A DNA stretch of 64,000 bases from an uncultured delta proteobacterium (GTDB lineage Bacteria; Myxococcota_A; Polyangia; Polyangiales; Polyangiaceae). This document shows positions 46,834 to 56,662 of the stretch, one piece after another; position 1 is the first letter of the stretch; the number at the start of each line of letters is the position of its first letter. Both the position numbers and the translations under genes were made by a program. The notes below the pieces were generated by a model. That model saw only the letters and a list, made by a program, of their open reading frames with translations. It did not search any database and was not told the DNA's origin. The DNA lies in the NCBI GenBank assembly GCA_963782055.1, contig CAWAIF010000003.1, forward strand, positions 6,080,001 to 6,144,000, given 5' to 3'.

Positions 46834-47619
46834 ATGCGCGCGTGCATCGTCATCCCGGCCTTCCAGGCCGAAGCCACGCTGGAAGCCGTGCTCGGCTCCC
46901 TGCGCGCGGGCCTCGGCGACCTCCTGGGGGACGCGCCCGTCCTGGTGGTGGACGACGGCTCGCACGACCGCACCGCGGAGGTCGCGCGCCGGGCGGGGGC
47001 GCGCGTCTTCGTCCACGCCACCAACCGGGGCAAGGGCGCCGCCCTGCGCACCGGCCTCGCCGCCGCGCGCGACGCCGGCTGCGAGGCGGCGCTCACCGTC
47101 GACGCCGACGGCCAGCACCCCGCGGACGCCGCCCGCGCCGTGCTCCTCGCCGGGGACGACCCCGGCGCCCTGGTGCTCGGCGTGCGCGACCTGGCGGGCG
47201 CGGGGGCGCCGCGCGCCAACCAGACGTCCAACCGCATCTCCAACTTCTTCCTCTCGCGCTTCTCCGGGCGGCCCCTCGCCGACACGCAGTGCGGCCTGCG
47301 CCGCTACCCGGTGGAGACGACGCTCGCCCTCGGCGCCCGCGCCCCCGGCTACGCCTTCGAGGCGGAGATTCTGCTGCGGGCGGTGGCGGCGGGCGTCCCC
47401 ATCGTCGAGCAGCCGGTGCGCGTGCTCTACCCGCCGGAGGGCGAGCGGGTGACCCACTTCCACAGCGTCAAGGACCCGGCGCGCATCGTCGGGGCGGTGG
47501 TCCGCACGCTGGCGGAGATCCACGTGCGTGGACGCGGGCGCTCGTCCGTCCAACGCGGGGTGTCGCCTGACTCCAGGGTGCCCGGGGACGAGCCGAAGCG
47601 CCCCATCGCCGCCGAGTGA
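46834..47619 (+). CDS. Glycosyltransferase family 2
   Basis: VIPAF, VVDDGS.D.T, NRGKG.A, DADGQH, DTQCGLR, FE.E. Confidence 0.9.
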   Translation: MRACIVIPAFQAEATLEAVLGSLRAGLGDLLGDAPVLVVDDGSHDRTAEVARRAGARVFVHATNRGKGAALRTGLAAARDAGCEAALTVDADGQHPADAARAVLLAGDDPGALVLGVRDLAGAGAPRANQTSNRISNFFLSRFSGRPLADTQCGLRRYPVETTLALGARAPGYAFEAEILLRAVAAGVPIVEQPVRVLYPPEGERVTHFHSVKDPARIVGAVVRTLAEIHVRGRGRSSVQRGVSPDSRVPGDEPKRPIAAE

Positions 47620-47622
47620 CCC

Positions 47623-49077
47623 ATGGGGATCCTCGCCCGGCACCGGAAGAAGCTCATCGCGCTCGCCGTCCTCCTCGGGGGCCCGGTGATCGCCCACTAC
47701 GTGGTGCGCGCGACGACCGGCTTCGCGCCGCCCGCGGTCAGCGTCCCCGACGAGACCATGACCGACGACGGGACCATCCGCCGCGTGGGGCCGGCGTACA
47801 CGCGGCTCTCCGGCGGCGTGCGCGAGGTGTACCTGGAGGGCACGCCGGAGCAGCTCGGGGAGCGCCACGTGCGCCTGCTGCGCGATCACATGGCCGCCGA
47901 CGAGCACGCGCTCTGGGGGGAGTTCGCGCACTTCGTGCCGCTCTCGCCGGCGCGCACGCTGATCATGGACATCAGCCGCGTGCAGTACCGGCACCTGGAC
48001 CAGGGCATCCCGGAGGCGCGCCGCCGGGAGATGGCGGCGGGCGCGGCCACCTTCCAGCCCGACCCGATGGCGGCGAGCACGATGCCCACCTACCAGCGCG
48101 TCGTCTTCCTCCACTCCGTCTACGACATCGCCCTGTCCTTCGAGCACTCGCCGCTCATCGGCTGCTCGGCGTTCGGCCTGGGCGCGAGCACCACCAAGGA
48201 CGGCCACGTGCTGGTCGGGCGCGCCTTCGACATGGAGATCGGCGACGTGTTCGACAAGGACAAGGTCGTCTTCTTCGTGCGTGAGGACGGCAAGATCCCC
48301 TACGCGAGCGTCGCGTGGCCGGGGCTGATGGGCGTGCTCACCGGGATGAACCTGGACGGCGTGATGGTGCTGGTCAACGGCGGCCGCGCGCGCGCGCCGA
48401 GGACGAGCGGCCTGCCCGTCGTCTTCAGCCTGCGCGAGGCCCTGCAGAACGCGCACGACACCGACGAGGCCACGGCGATCCTGGCGAAGCAGGACGTGAT
48501 GGTCTCGCACATCGTCTTCGTGGCGGACGCCGCCGGCCACTTCGCGGTGGTGGAGCGCGCGCCCGGCGCTCCGGCGACCATCCGGCGCGACTTCAAGGAC
48601 CCCGACCGCGTGGCGGTGACCAACCACTTCGAGGGTCCGCTCGCGAGCGACCCGCGCAACGTCGCGGTCGAGCAGCACACCACCACCCTCGCGCGGCGCG
48701 CGCGGCTGGACGAGATGCTCGCCGCCGTCGCCCCCGGCTCCGCCGACGCCACCAGCGCCGTGGGCATGCTTCGCGATCACCAGTGCGCGCACGGCGAGAA
48801 GTGCCCGCTCGGGGACCGGCGCACCATCGACGCCTTCATCGCGACACACGGCGTGGTGGCGGACACGACAGGACGCGTGCTGTGGGTCAGCAAGGGCCCG
48901 CACCTCTCGGGCCAGTTCGTGCGCTTCGACTTGAAGGCGATCTTCGCGCCCGGACACGATCCGGCGGCCGACGGCGCCCCGGAGACGATCGCCGCGGACC
49001 CGGCGCTCTTCGACGGGCGCTACCAGCAGGGCGTCGCCCACGCGGGCGGCCCCCGGATCGGCGGGGACGCCAGGTGA
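47623..49077 (+). CDS. C45 family Ntn acyltransferase/hydrolase
   Basis: GC autoprocessing site (IGCSAF), GRAFD, GMN..G, TNHF; N-terminal TM. Confidence 0.85.
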   Translation: MGILARHRKKLIALAVLLGGPVIAHYVVRATTGFAPPAVSVPDETMTDDGTIRRVGPAYTRLSGGVREVYLEGTPEQLGERHVRLLRDHMAADEHALWGEFAHFVPLSPARTLIMDISRVQYRHLDQGIPEARRREMAAGAATFQPDPMAASTMPTYQRVVFLHSVYDIALSFEHSPLIGCSAFGLGASTTKDGHVLVGRAFDMEIGDVFDKDKVVFFVREDGKIPYASVAWPGLMGVLTGMNLDGVMVLVNGGRARAPRTSGLPVVFSLREALQNAHDTDEATAILAKQDVMVSHIVFVADAAGHFAVVERAPGAPATIRRDFKDPDRVAVTNHFEGPLASDPRNVAVEQHTTTLARRARLDEMLAAVAPGSADATSAVGMLRDHQCAHGEKCPLGDRRTIDAFIATHGVVADTTGRVLWVSKGPHLSGQFVRFDLKAIFAPGHDPAADGAPETIAADPALFDGRYQQGVAHAGGPRIGGDAR

Positions 49078-49706
49078 GCCTCTCACGACGCGACCTGCTC
49101 GTGGGCGCCCTCGGCGGCGCCGCCGTCCTCGCGCTCGGACGCCGCGCGCTGGCCGACGCGCTGGGGGACCGGCTCGCCGCGGTGAAGCGGGCGCGCGCCG
49201 GGCTCCACACCCTCGTCGGGCCCTTCACGCAGGAGCGGACGATCGGCCTGCTCGCCACGAAGGTGCGCTCGACAGGCACGCTCTACCTCCAGCTCCCCGG
49301 CCGGCTGCGCTGGGAGCTCGCCCCGCCGGACTCCATCGTCTACTGGGTGACGCCGGAGGGCCTGGCGTACAGGGGAAAGAACGGTCACGGCCGGCTGCCC
49401 ATGACCGAGCGCATGGCCCCCGCGCTCCAGGATCTGCGAGCGATGCTGGGGGGAGACATCGGCGCCTTGCGCGGGCGCTACGACATGAAGGAGGTGCCGG
49501 TCGATGGCGACGGGGTGGGCTTCGAAGCGGTGCCGAAGCCGGGGCAGCCGTCACGCTTCCTGAAGCTCACCTTCACCTTGGCGCCGGACCTCGTCCGCCC
49601 ACGCAAGGTGGTGCTGGTGGAGGGCCCGCGCGATCGCACCGAGATCGACTTCGGCGACCTGAAGAAGAACGCCCCGATCGACTCCACCCTGCTCCGTCTC
49701 CCATGA
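49074..49706 (+). CDS. LolA-like carrier protein with Tat signal
   Basis: GTG overlapping the upstream stop; SRRDLL; FTQER..STGTL..PGRLRWE..GDRTEI-like end. Confidence 0.8.
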   Translation: MSLSRRDLLVGALGGAAVLALGRRALADALGDRLAAVKRARAGLHTLVGPFTQERTIGLLATKVRSTGTLYLQLPGRLRWELAPPDSIVYWVTPEGLAYRGKNGHGRLPMTERMAPALQDLRAMLGGDIGALRGRYDMKEVPVDGDGVGFEAVPKPGQPSRFLKLTFTLAPDLVRPRKVVLVEGPRDRTEIDFGDLKKNAPIDSTLLRLP

Positions 49707-49720
49707 CTCACTCTTCTCCC

Positions 49721-49760
49721 CCTCCTCTCTCTCTCTACGGAGAGAGAGGCTGGGGTGAGG
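49721..49760. repeat. REP-like hairpin element
   Basis: (CT)n stem, TACG loop, (GA)n stem, followed by GGCTGGGGTGAGG. Confidence 0.55.
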
Positions 49761-50034
49761 CGGCACTCGGACGCGGGCGAGTCCTTCGGCGCCGGCGCGA
49801 AGCGCGCCGGACGCGACTACCCGGCGAAGGTCACGAGACCGTCGTAAGGCACTCCCTACCTCGTGACGAAGCGGCACGCCCCCCAGCGGCTCTTCTTCTC
49901 CCCCTGTCCCCCCTGTCCCCCCTCCCCGTCCCCGGACACCCAGCGCCAAAGTGCAAGGGTCCTGTCACTCGGACGTTTCTGCCGGGATCCGTGGGGAGGG
50001 GGGGGGTGGCATGGGGGGTGCTCTGGGGGTGGGG

Positions 50035-50643
50035 ATGATGGCGGGACTGGATCCTGTGTTCTTCACGATCAAGCGGGCGTACTACGCGACGCTCAGGCTC
50101 ACTCGGCGGGCGCTTCGGGCGATGGGGCTCACCGCGGCGCGGTTCGATGTGCTCGACGCGCTCTACCGGCTGGGGACGGGGTGCGCGCACTTCCAGAGCG
50201 ATCTGCGGCGCGGGCTCGGCGTGGCGCGGGCGACGATCAGCGAGATGATGCGGTCGCTGCAGAAGGTCGGGCTGGTCAGCCGGCGGCGCGTCGGGCGCGA
50301 GGTGATCGTCGCGCTCACGCCTGAGGGGCGTCGGCGTGTTCGGCGGGCGTACTACGGGCTCGTGCTCGTGGGGCACGTGGGGTTCGCGCTGGACGGCGCG
50401 CTTGCGCCGGGTGAGCGGCGCTGGCCCGATGCGCGGCGGTGCGCCAGTGCGCGCAGACACCTCGAGGCCCTCTGCATGCGCATCCGGCTCGGCTTCGGCG
50501 ACGGCGCCGAGCTGGACAGGCTGACCGAGTGCGGGGCCTGGGTGCTACGGGACCGCGACCGCACCCGCCGCGCCCAGGCGCGACAAACGCAGCGCCAGCG
50601 CGACCTCGATCGCGCACTCGCGGGCGTCGCGCCGAACGCGTGA
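50035..50643 (+). CDS. MarR-like winged-helix protein
   Basis: GLTAARFDVL, QSDLRRGLGVARATISEMMRSL..GLV.R..V.LT.EG. Confidence 0.78.
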   Translation: MMAGLDPVFFTIKRAYYATLRLTRRALRAMGLTAARFDVLDALYRLGTGCAHFQSDLRRGLGVARATISEMMRSLQKVGLVSRRRVGREVIVALTPEGRRRVRRAYYGLVLVGHVGFALDGALAPGERRWPDARRCASARRHLEALCMRIRLGFGDGAELDRLTECGAWVLRDRDRTRRAQARQTQRQRDLDRALAGVAPNA

Positions 50644-50734
50644 CCAGATCCGCCCCGGACCCGCCGGACCCGCCAGCGAGCACGACGGGGGATCCGTGCC
50701 GCTGTGCGAATCGACGCGCAGCCTCCGCGACCGC

Positions 50735-51313
50735 TCACGGACGCGGGTCGGTCGACAGCATGCCGAACACCGCGTGGTCCAGCCAGCGGCCGTGGCAGCG
50801 CTCCGCCTGGCGGGCGATGCCCTCGAAGCGGAAGCCGAGGCGGCCGATGACGGCCAGGCTCGGGTGGTTGTCGGTCGCGGCGGCGACGCGCACGCGGTGG
50901 GCGTGGAGGGTGTGGAAGGCCCAGGTGATCACCGCGCGCGAGGCCTCGGTCATGAAGCCGTGGCCTGTCGAGTCGGTGCGCAGCCAGTAGCCGAGCTCCA
51001 CGCTCTGGTGCAGGTGCGCGAACGCCTCCAGCCCCACCACCCCCAGCAGCCGGCGCGACTTGCGATCGCGGATGGTGAAGCGGCACGCGCGCGCGTTGTC
51101 CCAGTCCTGCGCGCTCGCCTCCGCGTAGCGATGGCTCGCGTCCTGATCGGTGTTGAAGGGCACCCACGGCAGCCACGGCTCGAGCTGCGAGCGCGAGCTG
51201 TCGACCGCCTGCCACAGGTCCGGCGCGTCGGAGGTGTCGATGGCGAGGAGATTCAGTCGCGGAGACTCGACGGGCCGCCGTTGCAGCTCGATCCGCGGCG
51301 GGACGCTCAGCAT
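50735..51313 (-). CDS. GNAT acetyltransferase (RimJ/RimL family)
   Basis: LEPWLPW, ELGYWL..GHGFMTEA, N..S..V..RLGF..EG. Confidence 0.9.
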   Translation of the reverse strand: MLSVPPRIELQRRPVESPRLNLLAIDTSDAPDLWQAVDSSRSQLEPWLPWVPFNTDQDASHRYAEASAQDWDNARACRFTIRDRKSRRLLGVVGLEAFAHLHQSVELGYWLRTDSTGHGFMTEASRAVITWAFHTLHAHRVRVAAATDNHPSLAVIGRLGFRFEGIARQAERCHGRWLDHAVFGMLSTDPRP

Positions 51314-51328
51314 GAAGCGTAAGATACG

Positions 51329-51685
51329 CTACTTCCGGGCCGTCTCGAGCGCAGAGGGATAGGCCTGGACCAGGTCCTTGGCAGGCCGCTCGACCGACTC
51401 CAGGGGGCTGGTGACCAGATCCCGGCCCTCCGTGGCGAAGTAGAGCGCCTCCCCCATGCGCGGCTCCCCCGGGTTGGGGACGATCGCCCCGTTCAGGTAG
51501 AACCTGATTCCCCCGTGGACCCGGCGGCGCAGGGCCAGGTGCCCGTGCAGGAAGTCCCCGGTGCGGCGGTCGCGTACGGCGACGCAGAAACCGTCGCGGA
51601 AGTGGTACTCGGTGTTCTTGGTGACGTAGACGCGGTGCCGCCGCCAATCGGGGCCCGCGAACTTGGCGGCGCTGTCCTGGCTCAT
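51329..51685 (-). CDS. Hypothetical protein
   Basis: Compact beta-rich ORF (VTKNTEYH..CVAVRDR) in a co-directional gene run. Confidence 0.7.
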   Translation of the reverse strand: MSQDSAAKFAGPDWRRHRVYVTKNTEYHFRDGFCVAVRDRRTGDFLHGHLALRRRVHGGIRFYLNGAIVPNPGEPRMGEALYFATEGRDLVTSPLESVERPAKDLVQAYPSALETARK

Positions 51686-51725
51686 GGCCGGAGGGTGCCT
51701 TCGGCCCCCGCGCCGGGCCAACTTT

Positions 51726-52634
51726 TCACCCCGAACCGCGCGCCATCGCCTCCCGCACCACCCCCCTCACCCGCGCGATCCCCTCCACGCTCCGCGCCCC
51801 GTACCAGCACAGGTCCTTGCCGCTCATCCGGACCACCGCGCCGCGCGCCGCCGCCGGCGTCGGCTGGGCGAGGAACACCTTCGCGTCCTCCTCGCTGAAG
51901 GGGTGCGGCTCGTCGGGGAGCAGGATCAGCGCGGGCGCGCGCGCGTTCACCTCCGCCATGGTCACGCGCGGGTAGCGGGTGTCGCGGCCGGCCACCCTCT
52001 CCGCGGGCAGGGGCGGGGCCTTGCCCAGGTCGGCGGCGAGCGGGTAGCGACGCTCGCGGTCGGCGAAGACGTTCTGCGCGCCGGCGAGGTCCAGCATGTC
52101 GCTGATGAAGGTCTGGCCGTGGATGGTCATCAGCGGGTCCATCCAGATGGGGCAGAAGGTGCGGACGGGCGTCGTCTGCGCGCGCGCCGCCTCCGCCTCG
52201 CGGTGGGCCTCGTAGCCGCGCCTGACGAGATCCTTCACCGCCGCGTCCGACGCGACGCCGAAGACCTGCGCCAGCCGCGCCAGGTGCGCGAGGCCTTCGG
52301 CGACGCGCTTGGGGAAGGCGACGAGCACCTTCACCCCGCGGGCGGCGAGCGCCTCCAGATCGCCGCGCGTGTTCTCCTCCTGGTTGGCGAGCACCAGGTC
52401 GGGCGACAGGTCGCAGATGGCGTCCACGCGCGGGTTCTTCGTGCCGCCCACGCTGGGCAGGCGGGCGACCACGTCTTCGGGCAGCTCGCAGTAATCGGTG
52501 CGGCCCACCAGGGCGCTGGCGCAGCCCAGCGCGGCGACGCTCAGCGTGTCGCTGGGCACGAGCGACACGACGCGCCGCGGCGGCCCGCCGAGGTACACGA
52601 CGCGGTTCATGTCGTCGCGCACGCGGAGGCTCAC
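51726..52634 (-). CDS. Helical-backbone metal receptor (BtuF-like)
   Basis: RVVSLVPS, GRTDYC, GGTKNP, PDLVLANQEEN, PDEP..F. Confidence 0.85.
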   Translation of the reverse strand: MSLRVRDDMNRVVYLGGPPRRVVSLVPSDTLSVAALGCASALVGRTDYCELPEDVVARLPSVGGTKNPRVDAICDLSPDLVLANQEENTRGDLEALAARGVKVLVAFPKRVAEGLAHLARLAQVFGVASDAAVKDLVRRGYEAHREAEAARAQTTPVRTFCPIWMDPLMTIHGQTFISDMLDLAGAQNVFADRERRYPLAADLGKAPPLPAERVAGRDTRYPRVTMAEVNARAPALILLPDEPHPFSEEDAKVFLAQPTPAAARGAVVRMSGKDLCWYGARSVEGIARVRGVVREAMARGSG

Positions 52635-52635
52635 G

Positions 52636-52995
52636 TCAGTCCTGATAGGGCTGTGCGGGCGGCGGAGAAGGGGGGCCGCCGTCGGCGTGCACGCCGATGG
52701 AGGCGGCGCAGTCCGCCCACGCGCGATCGTCGCAGACCTTCTTGCCCGGCGTGGCGGGCCCTGGGCTCGTCCCCTTCGCGATGCAGGCGATGACGTCGTC
52801 CTGCTCGTGCTCGGCCAGGCGGTCCAGGATGAAGGCGCACCCGCGGCTGCACTCGTCCGCGGTGCACTGCGTCCCCGCGCGCTTGTCGCACGCCCGGGCG
52901 CACGCGACGTCCGGACGATCGCTGGGCTCCCAGCACGCGCCGAGCAGCACGACGGACGCGGCGACCACTCCGGCCCACACCAGCGCGCCCCTCAC
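52636..52995 (-). CDS. Small Cys-rich lipoprotein
   Basis: GTG overlapping the VKOR stop; lipobox LGAC; eight further Cys. Confidence 0.68.
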   Translation of the reverse strand: MRGALVWAGVVAASVVLLGACWEPSDRPDVACARACDKRAGTQCTADECSRGCAFILDRLAEHEQDDVIACIAKGTSPGPATPGKKVCDDRAWADCAASIGVHADGGPPSPPPAQPYQD

Positions 52996-54077
52996 CCGCC
53001 GGCCTCCTGCACGGCCTTGGCCATGGCGGCGCCGAGCACCTCGGGGCCCTGCGCGCCCTCGATCTTGTACCGGCCGATCCAGATCGTCGGCAGCCCGTGC
53101 CCCTGCGTGGCGTGGAAGGCGGCCTTGTCGGCGTCGATGGACTTCTGCGTGGCGGGGTCCGCCATGCACGCGCGAAACTTCTGGGCGTCCAGGCCGAGGC
53201 CGCCGGCCATCTTGACGCAGCCGTCGTCGGTGAGGTCGTCGACGGGCGCGGCGAAGAGCTCGTCGGCCATCGCGTCGCCCTTGCCCATCGCCTCCGCGCA
53301 GCACTCCGCGCGCGCCGCCGAGAGCGCGTGCGGATGGATCTGGGAGAGGGGGACTTGCTTGCGCACGAGCCGGTACTTGCCGCGATACTGCGCGAGCGTC
53401 GGCGCGAAGTCGAGGTTGGTCTGCCGGCAGAAGGGGCACTCGAAGTCGACGAAGTCCACCACGGTGACCTGCCCGGGCGGCGTCTTCGCCATCTCCTGCG
53501 CGATGAGGGCGGGGAGCTTCGGCTTGACGGCGGCGTTGGCGGCGAAGGGCGCGACCACCGCGACGCCGAAGGCGGCGGCGACCCCGAGCTTCGCCGGGAG
53601 GTTGCGCGGGAAGTCCACCTCGATGCGCTGGCGCCAGAGGGTCAGCCCGAAGAGCACCAGCGTGGAGACGTCCACCGTCAGGCACCACTTGCAGTAGGTG
53701 TGCAGCACGAACTGGACGTAGATGAGGTACGTCGCCGCGCACGCCCCGAAGCTGATGGCGAGCAGGTGGAGGAACCGCACGACCGAGCCGCGCAGGAGCG
53801 CGAGCACGCCGAGGATCAGGAAACCGATGACGCCGTAGAGGGGCGTCGGCAGGCCGCCGATCGACGCGAACGCCGTCTGCCGCAGGACGTTGCACCCCCC
53901 GGTCTCCGAGCAGAAGAGCGGCGCGGGGCGGAGGTAGTCCACGAGCAACGCGGTGCTCGCGCCCAGGCCGAGGAAGGTGAAGAGCGACAGCGCGGCGAAG
54001 AGCCACGGCTTCGCGGGCTCCGCCGGTTCGGGGGGCGAGGGCGTCTCGACCAGAGGCGTCAGGTTGGCGCTGTTCAT
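52992..54077 (-). CDS. VKOR-DsbA/thioredoxin fusion
   Basis: C..GGC loop, TM helices with CKWC, then DFECPFC and a cis-Pro-like GLPT. Confidence 0.9.
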   Translation of the reverse strand: MNSANLTPLVETPSPPEPAEPAKPWLFAALSLFTFLGLGASTALLVDYLRPAPLFCSETGGCNVLRQTAFASIGGLPTPLYGVIGFLILGVLALLRGSVVRFLHLLAISFGACAATYLIYVQFVLHTYCKWCLTVDVSTLVLFGLTLWRQRIEVDFPRNLPAKLGVAAAFGVAVVAPFAANAAVKPKLPALIAQEMAKTPPGQVTVVDFVDFECPFCRQTNLDFAPTLAQYRGKYRLVRKQVPLSQIHPHALSAARAECCAEAMGKGDAMADELFAAPVDDLTDDGCVKMAGGLGLDAQKFRACMADPATQKSIDADKAAFHATQGHGLPTIWIGRYKIEGAQGPEVLGAAMAKAVQEAGG

Positions 54078-54190
54078 GCGTCCTTGGTGGAACCGCTTTG
54101 TTAGCGCACGCGGCGGGGGATTTCTTCCCCTTCTTCCGCTCCCCTTCGATTCCTTCAACATCCCCACCGAAAGTGACGTACACGCAGCTT

Positions 54191-56536
54191 ATGGCTTCGG
54201 CCCTTCCCTCGAAACAACGCATCCTTCAACTCCTGGCGGAGGGCGATCGCGCCCGCCACGCGCACGAGATCGCCGACGAGCTCGGCGTCTCCGCGGCACG
54301 CTATCCCGGTCTGGTCCGGCTGCTGGACGACCTGGTCTACGAGGGCCAGCTCTCCGTCCGGCCCGGCCACCGCTACAAGCTCGGCGGCGACACCAAGAAG
54401 GTCCGCGGGCTGGAGACGGACGGCTTCCTCTCCATGACCCCGCGCGGCGCGGGCTTCGTCGCCACCGGCGGCACCGCCGGCGACGTCTTCGTCCCGCCGG
54501 AGGCCATCGGCGGGGCCATGCACGGCGACAAGGTCCGCGTGGCCATCGTGGCGCGCGGCGCCCGCGGCCCGGAGGGCGAGATCGCCGAGGTGCTCGAGCG
54601 CACGAGCAAGCGCGTCGCCGGCGTGCTGCGCCGCCGCGGCAAGAGCGCGTGGCTGGAGCCGGACGACTCGCGCATCCGCGGGCCGATCGCCCTGCCCGCG
54701 GACGTGGACGTGCGCGGGGCGGAGGGCAACAGCGGCAAGGACGGCGACGCGGCGGTCGTCACCATCACCCGCTACCCCGCGCTCCTCGGCGAGAACCCGG
54801 TCGGCAAGCTGGACGCGGTGCTCGGCACGCCCGGCGAGCTCAACGTGGAGGTCGCCAAGGTGCTCGTGCGCGAGCGGGTGGACGAGCTTCACACCGAGCA
54901 GGCGGTGCGCGAGGCGGAGAGCTTCGGCGAGGCGGTCCCGCACGAGATGCTCGCGGGCCGCGACGACCTGACGCACCTGCCGCTGCCGACGATCGACCCG
55001 GAGGACGCGCGCGATCACGACGACGCCGTGTGGGTGGAGCGCACCCCCTCCGGCGGCTACCGCGCGTGGATCGCCATCGCCGACGTGAGCTCGTACGTGC
55101 GGCCGGAGACGCTCCTGGACGCCGAGGCTCGCGGCCGCGGCTGCAGCGTCTACCTCCCCGATCGCGCCATCCCCATGCTCCCGCGCGCGCTCTCCAGCAA
55201 CCTGTGCTCGCTGCTGCCCGACGTGCTGCGCCTCTGCCTGTGCGCGGAGGTGGAGCTCGACGCCGGCGGCAACGTCAAGTCGGAGAAGCTGCACCGCGGC
55301 TTCATGAAGAGCCAGGCGAAGCTCACCTACGGCGGCGTGGCCCGTGCCCTCGGCTTCACCATGGCCGAGCCGCCGGACCCCAAGGCGGAGGCGATGGTGG
55401 AGGGGCTGCGCGTCGCCAACGAGCTCGCCCGCGCGCTGCGCGGCAAGCGCATGCAGCGGGGCGCCCTGGACTTCGAGCTGCCGGAGGCGAAGATCGTCCT
55501 GCACGAGACGACGGGCCAGCCGGTGGACGTGCAGCGCCGCGCGCAGGATGCCGGCGTCAAGAAGGCCTACCAGCTCATCGAGGAGCTGATGCTCCTCGCC
55601 AACGAGGTGGTCGCGCGGTGGCTCATCGGGCGACAGCGGCCCGCCATCTTCCGCGTGCACCCCCCGCCGGACGAGGAGAAGCTCGTGCGCTTCGTGACCA
55701 TGTGCGAGGAGCTGGGCATCGCGGTGGACATCGCGATGACGCAGGATCCGAAGAAGCTCAGCGACCTGCTCAAGTCGCTGGCGACGCACCCCAACGCGGC
55801 GGTGCTCAACATGCTCTTGCTGCGCTCGATGAAGCAGGCGAGCTACGACGTGGTGAACATCGGCCACTTCGGCCTGGCGTCGAAGGCGTACGTCCACTTC
55901 ACCTCGCCCATCCGCCGCTACCCCGACCTGCTCGTGCACCGCCAGGTGCACGACGCCATCCTCGGCCACAAGGTGGACCGCTCGCCGGAGGCGGAGAGCG
56001 GGCGCGCCGAGGCGGCGCTGCTCTCGTCGCGCAACGAGCGGCGGGCGATGGAGGTGGAGCGCGAGGTGGCGGACCTCTACCGCGTGACCTTCATGCGCGA
56101 CAAGGTGGGCAGCCGCTTCGAGGGTCGCGTGACCGGCCTGGTCGGCTCGGGCGTCTACGTGGCGCTCGACGCGCCCTTCGTCGACGTGCTGGTCCGCTAC
56201 GAGGATCTCGGCCCCGAGCGCTACGAGCTCGACGACTCCGGCCTGCGCGCGATCGCGACGCGCTCCGGCGCTGTGGTCAAGCTGGGCGACCGCATGCTCG
56301 TCGAGGTGATCGACGTCGCCCTGCTCCGCCGCACCGTCTACGCGCGGCGCATCGGCGGCCAGGACGGCGCGCCGCTCGAGCGTCGCGGCCCCCAGCGCGG
56401 CAGGCGGGGGGCGGAGGTTCGCTCTCCGGGCAAGACGCAGCGGACGAAGGATCAGCGCGCCGCGCGCGGTGGCTCAGGCGGCCGCCGCGCCACCAAGGGC
56501 GGCGCGACGAAACGAGGCGGCGGCAAGCGACGCTGA
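54191..56536 (+). CDS. rnr: Ribonuclease R
   Basis: HTH and cold-shock domains, TIDPEDARDHDDA, IEELMLLAN, HFTSPIRRYPDL, S1 domain, basic tail. Confidence 0.93.
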   Translation: MASALPSKQRILQLLAEGDRARHAHEIADELGVSAARYPGLVRLLDDLVYEGQLSVRPGHRYKLGGDTKKVRGLETDGFLSMTPRGAGFVATGGTAGDVFVPPEAIGGAMHGDKVRVAIVARGARGPEGEIAEVLERTSKRVAGVLRRRGKSAWLEPDDSRIRGPIALPADVDVRGAEGNSGKDGDAAVVTITRYPALLGENPVGKLDAVLGTPGELNVEVAKVLVRERVDELHTEQAVREAESFGEAVPHEMLAGRDDLTHLPLPTIDPEDARDHDDAVWVERTPSGGYRAWIAIADVSSYVRPETLLDAEARGRGCSVYLPDRAIPMLPRALSSNLCSLLPDVLRLCLCAEVELDAGGNVKSEKLHRGFMKSQAKLTYGGVARALGFTMAEPPDPKAEAMVEGLRVANELARALRGKRMQRGALDFELPEAKIVLHETTGQPVDVQRRAQDAGVKKAYQLIEELMLLANEVVARWLIGRQRPAIFRVHPPPDEEKLVRFVTMCEELGIAVDIAMTQDPKKLSDLLKSLATHPNAAVLNMLLLRSMKQASYDVVNIGHFGLASKAYVHFTSPIRRYPDLLVHRQVHDAILGHKVDRSPEAESGRAEAALLSSRNERRAMEVEREVADLYRVTFMRDKVGSRFEGRVTGLVGSGVYVALDAPFVDVLVRYEDLGPERYELDDSGLRAIATRSGAVVKLGDRMLVEVIDVALLRRTVYARRIGGQDGAPLERRGPQRGRRGAEVRSPGKTQRTKDQRAARGGSGGRRATKGGATKRGGGKRR

Positions 56537-56540
56537 CGTG

Positions 56541-56651
56541 GGGACGGGCGCCTGTGCCCGTGTCCGTGCCCTGATGCGGGCCGCAGCCCTTAGCCCTCCT
56601 TACTGGCGATCGGGGGCTCGGGACACGGACACGGGCAGAGACGCCCGTCCC
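56541..56651. repeat. Long inverted-repeat element between convergent genes
   Basis: GGGACGGGCGCCTGTGCCCGTGTCCGTGCCC (56541-56571) versus a near reverse-complement at 56620-56651. Confidence 0.8.
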
Positions 56652-56662
56652 TGGTGGAACCG

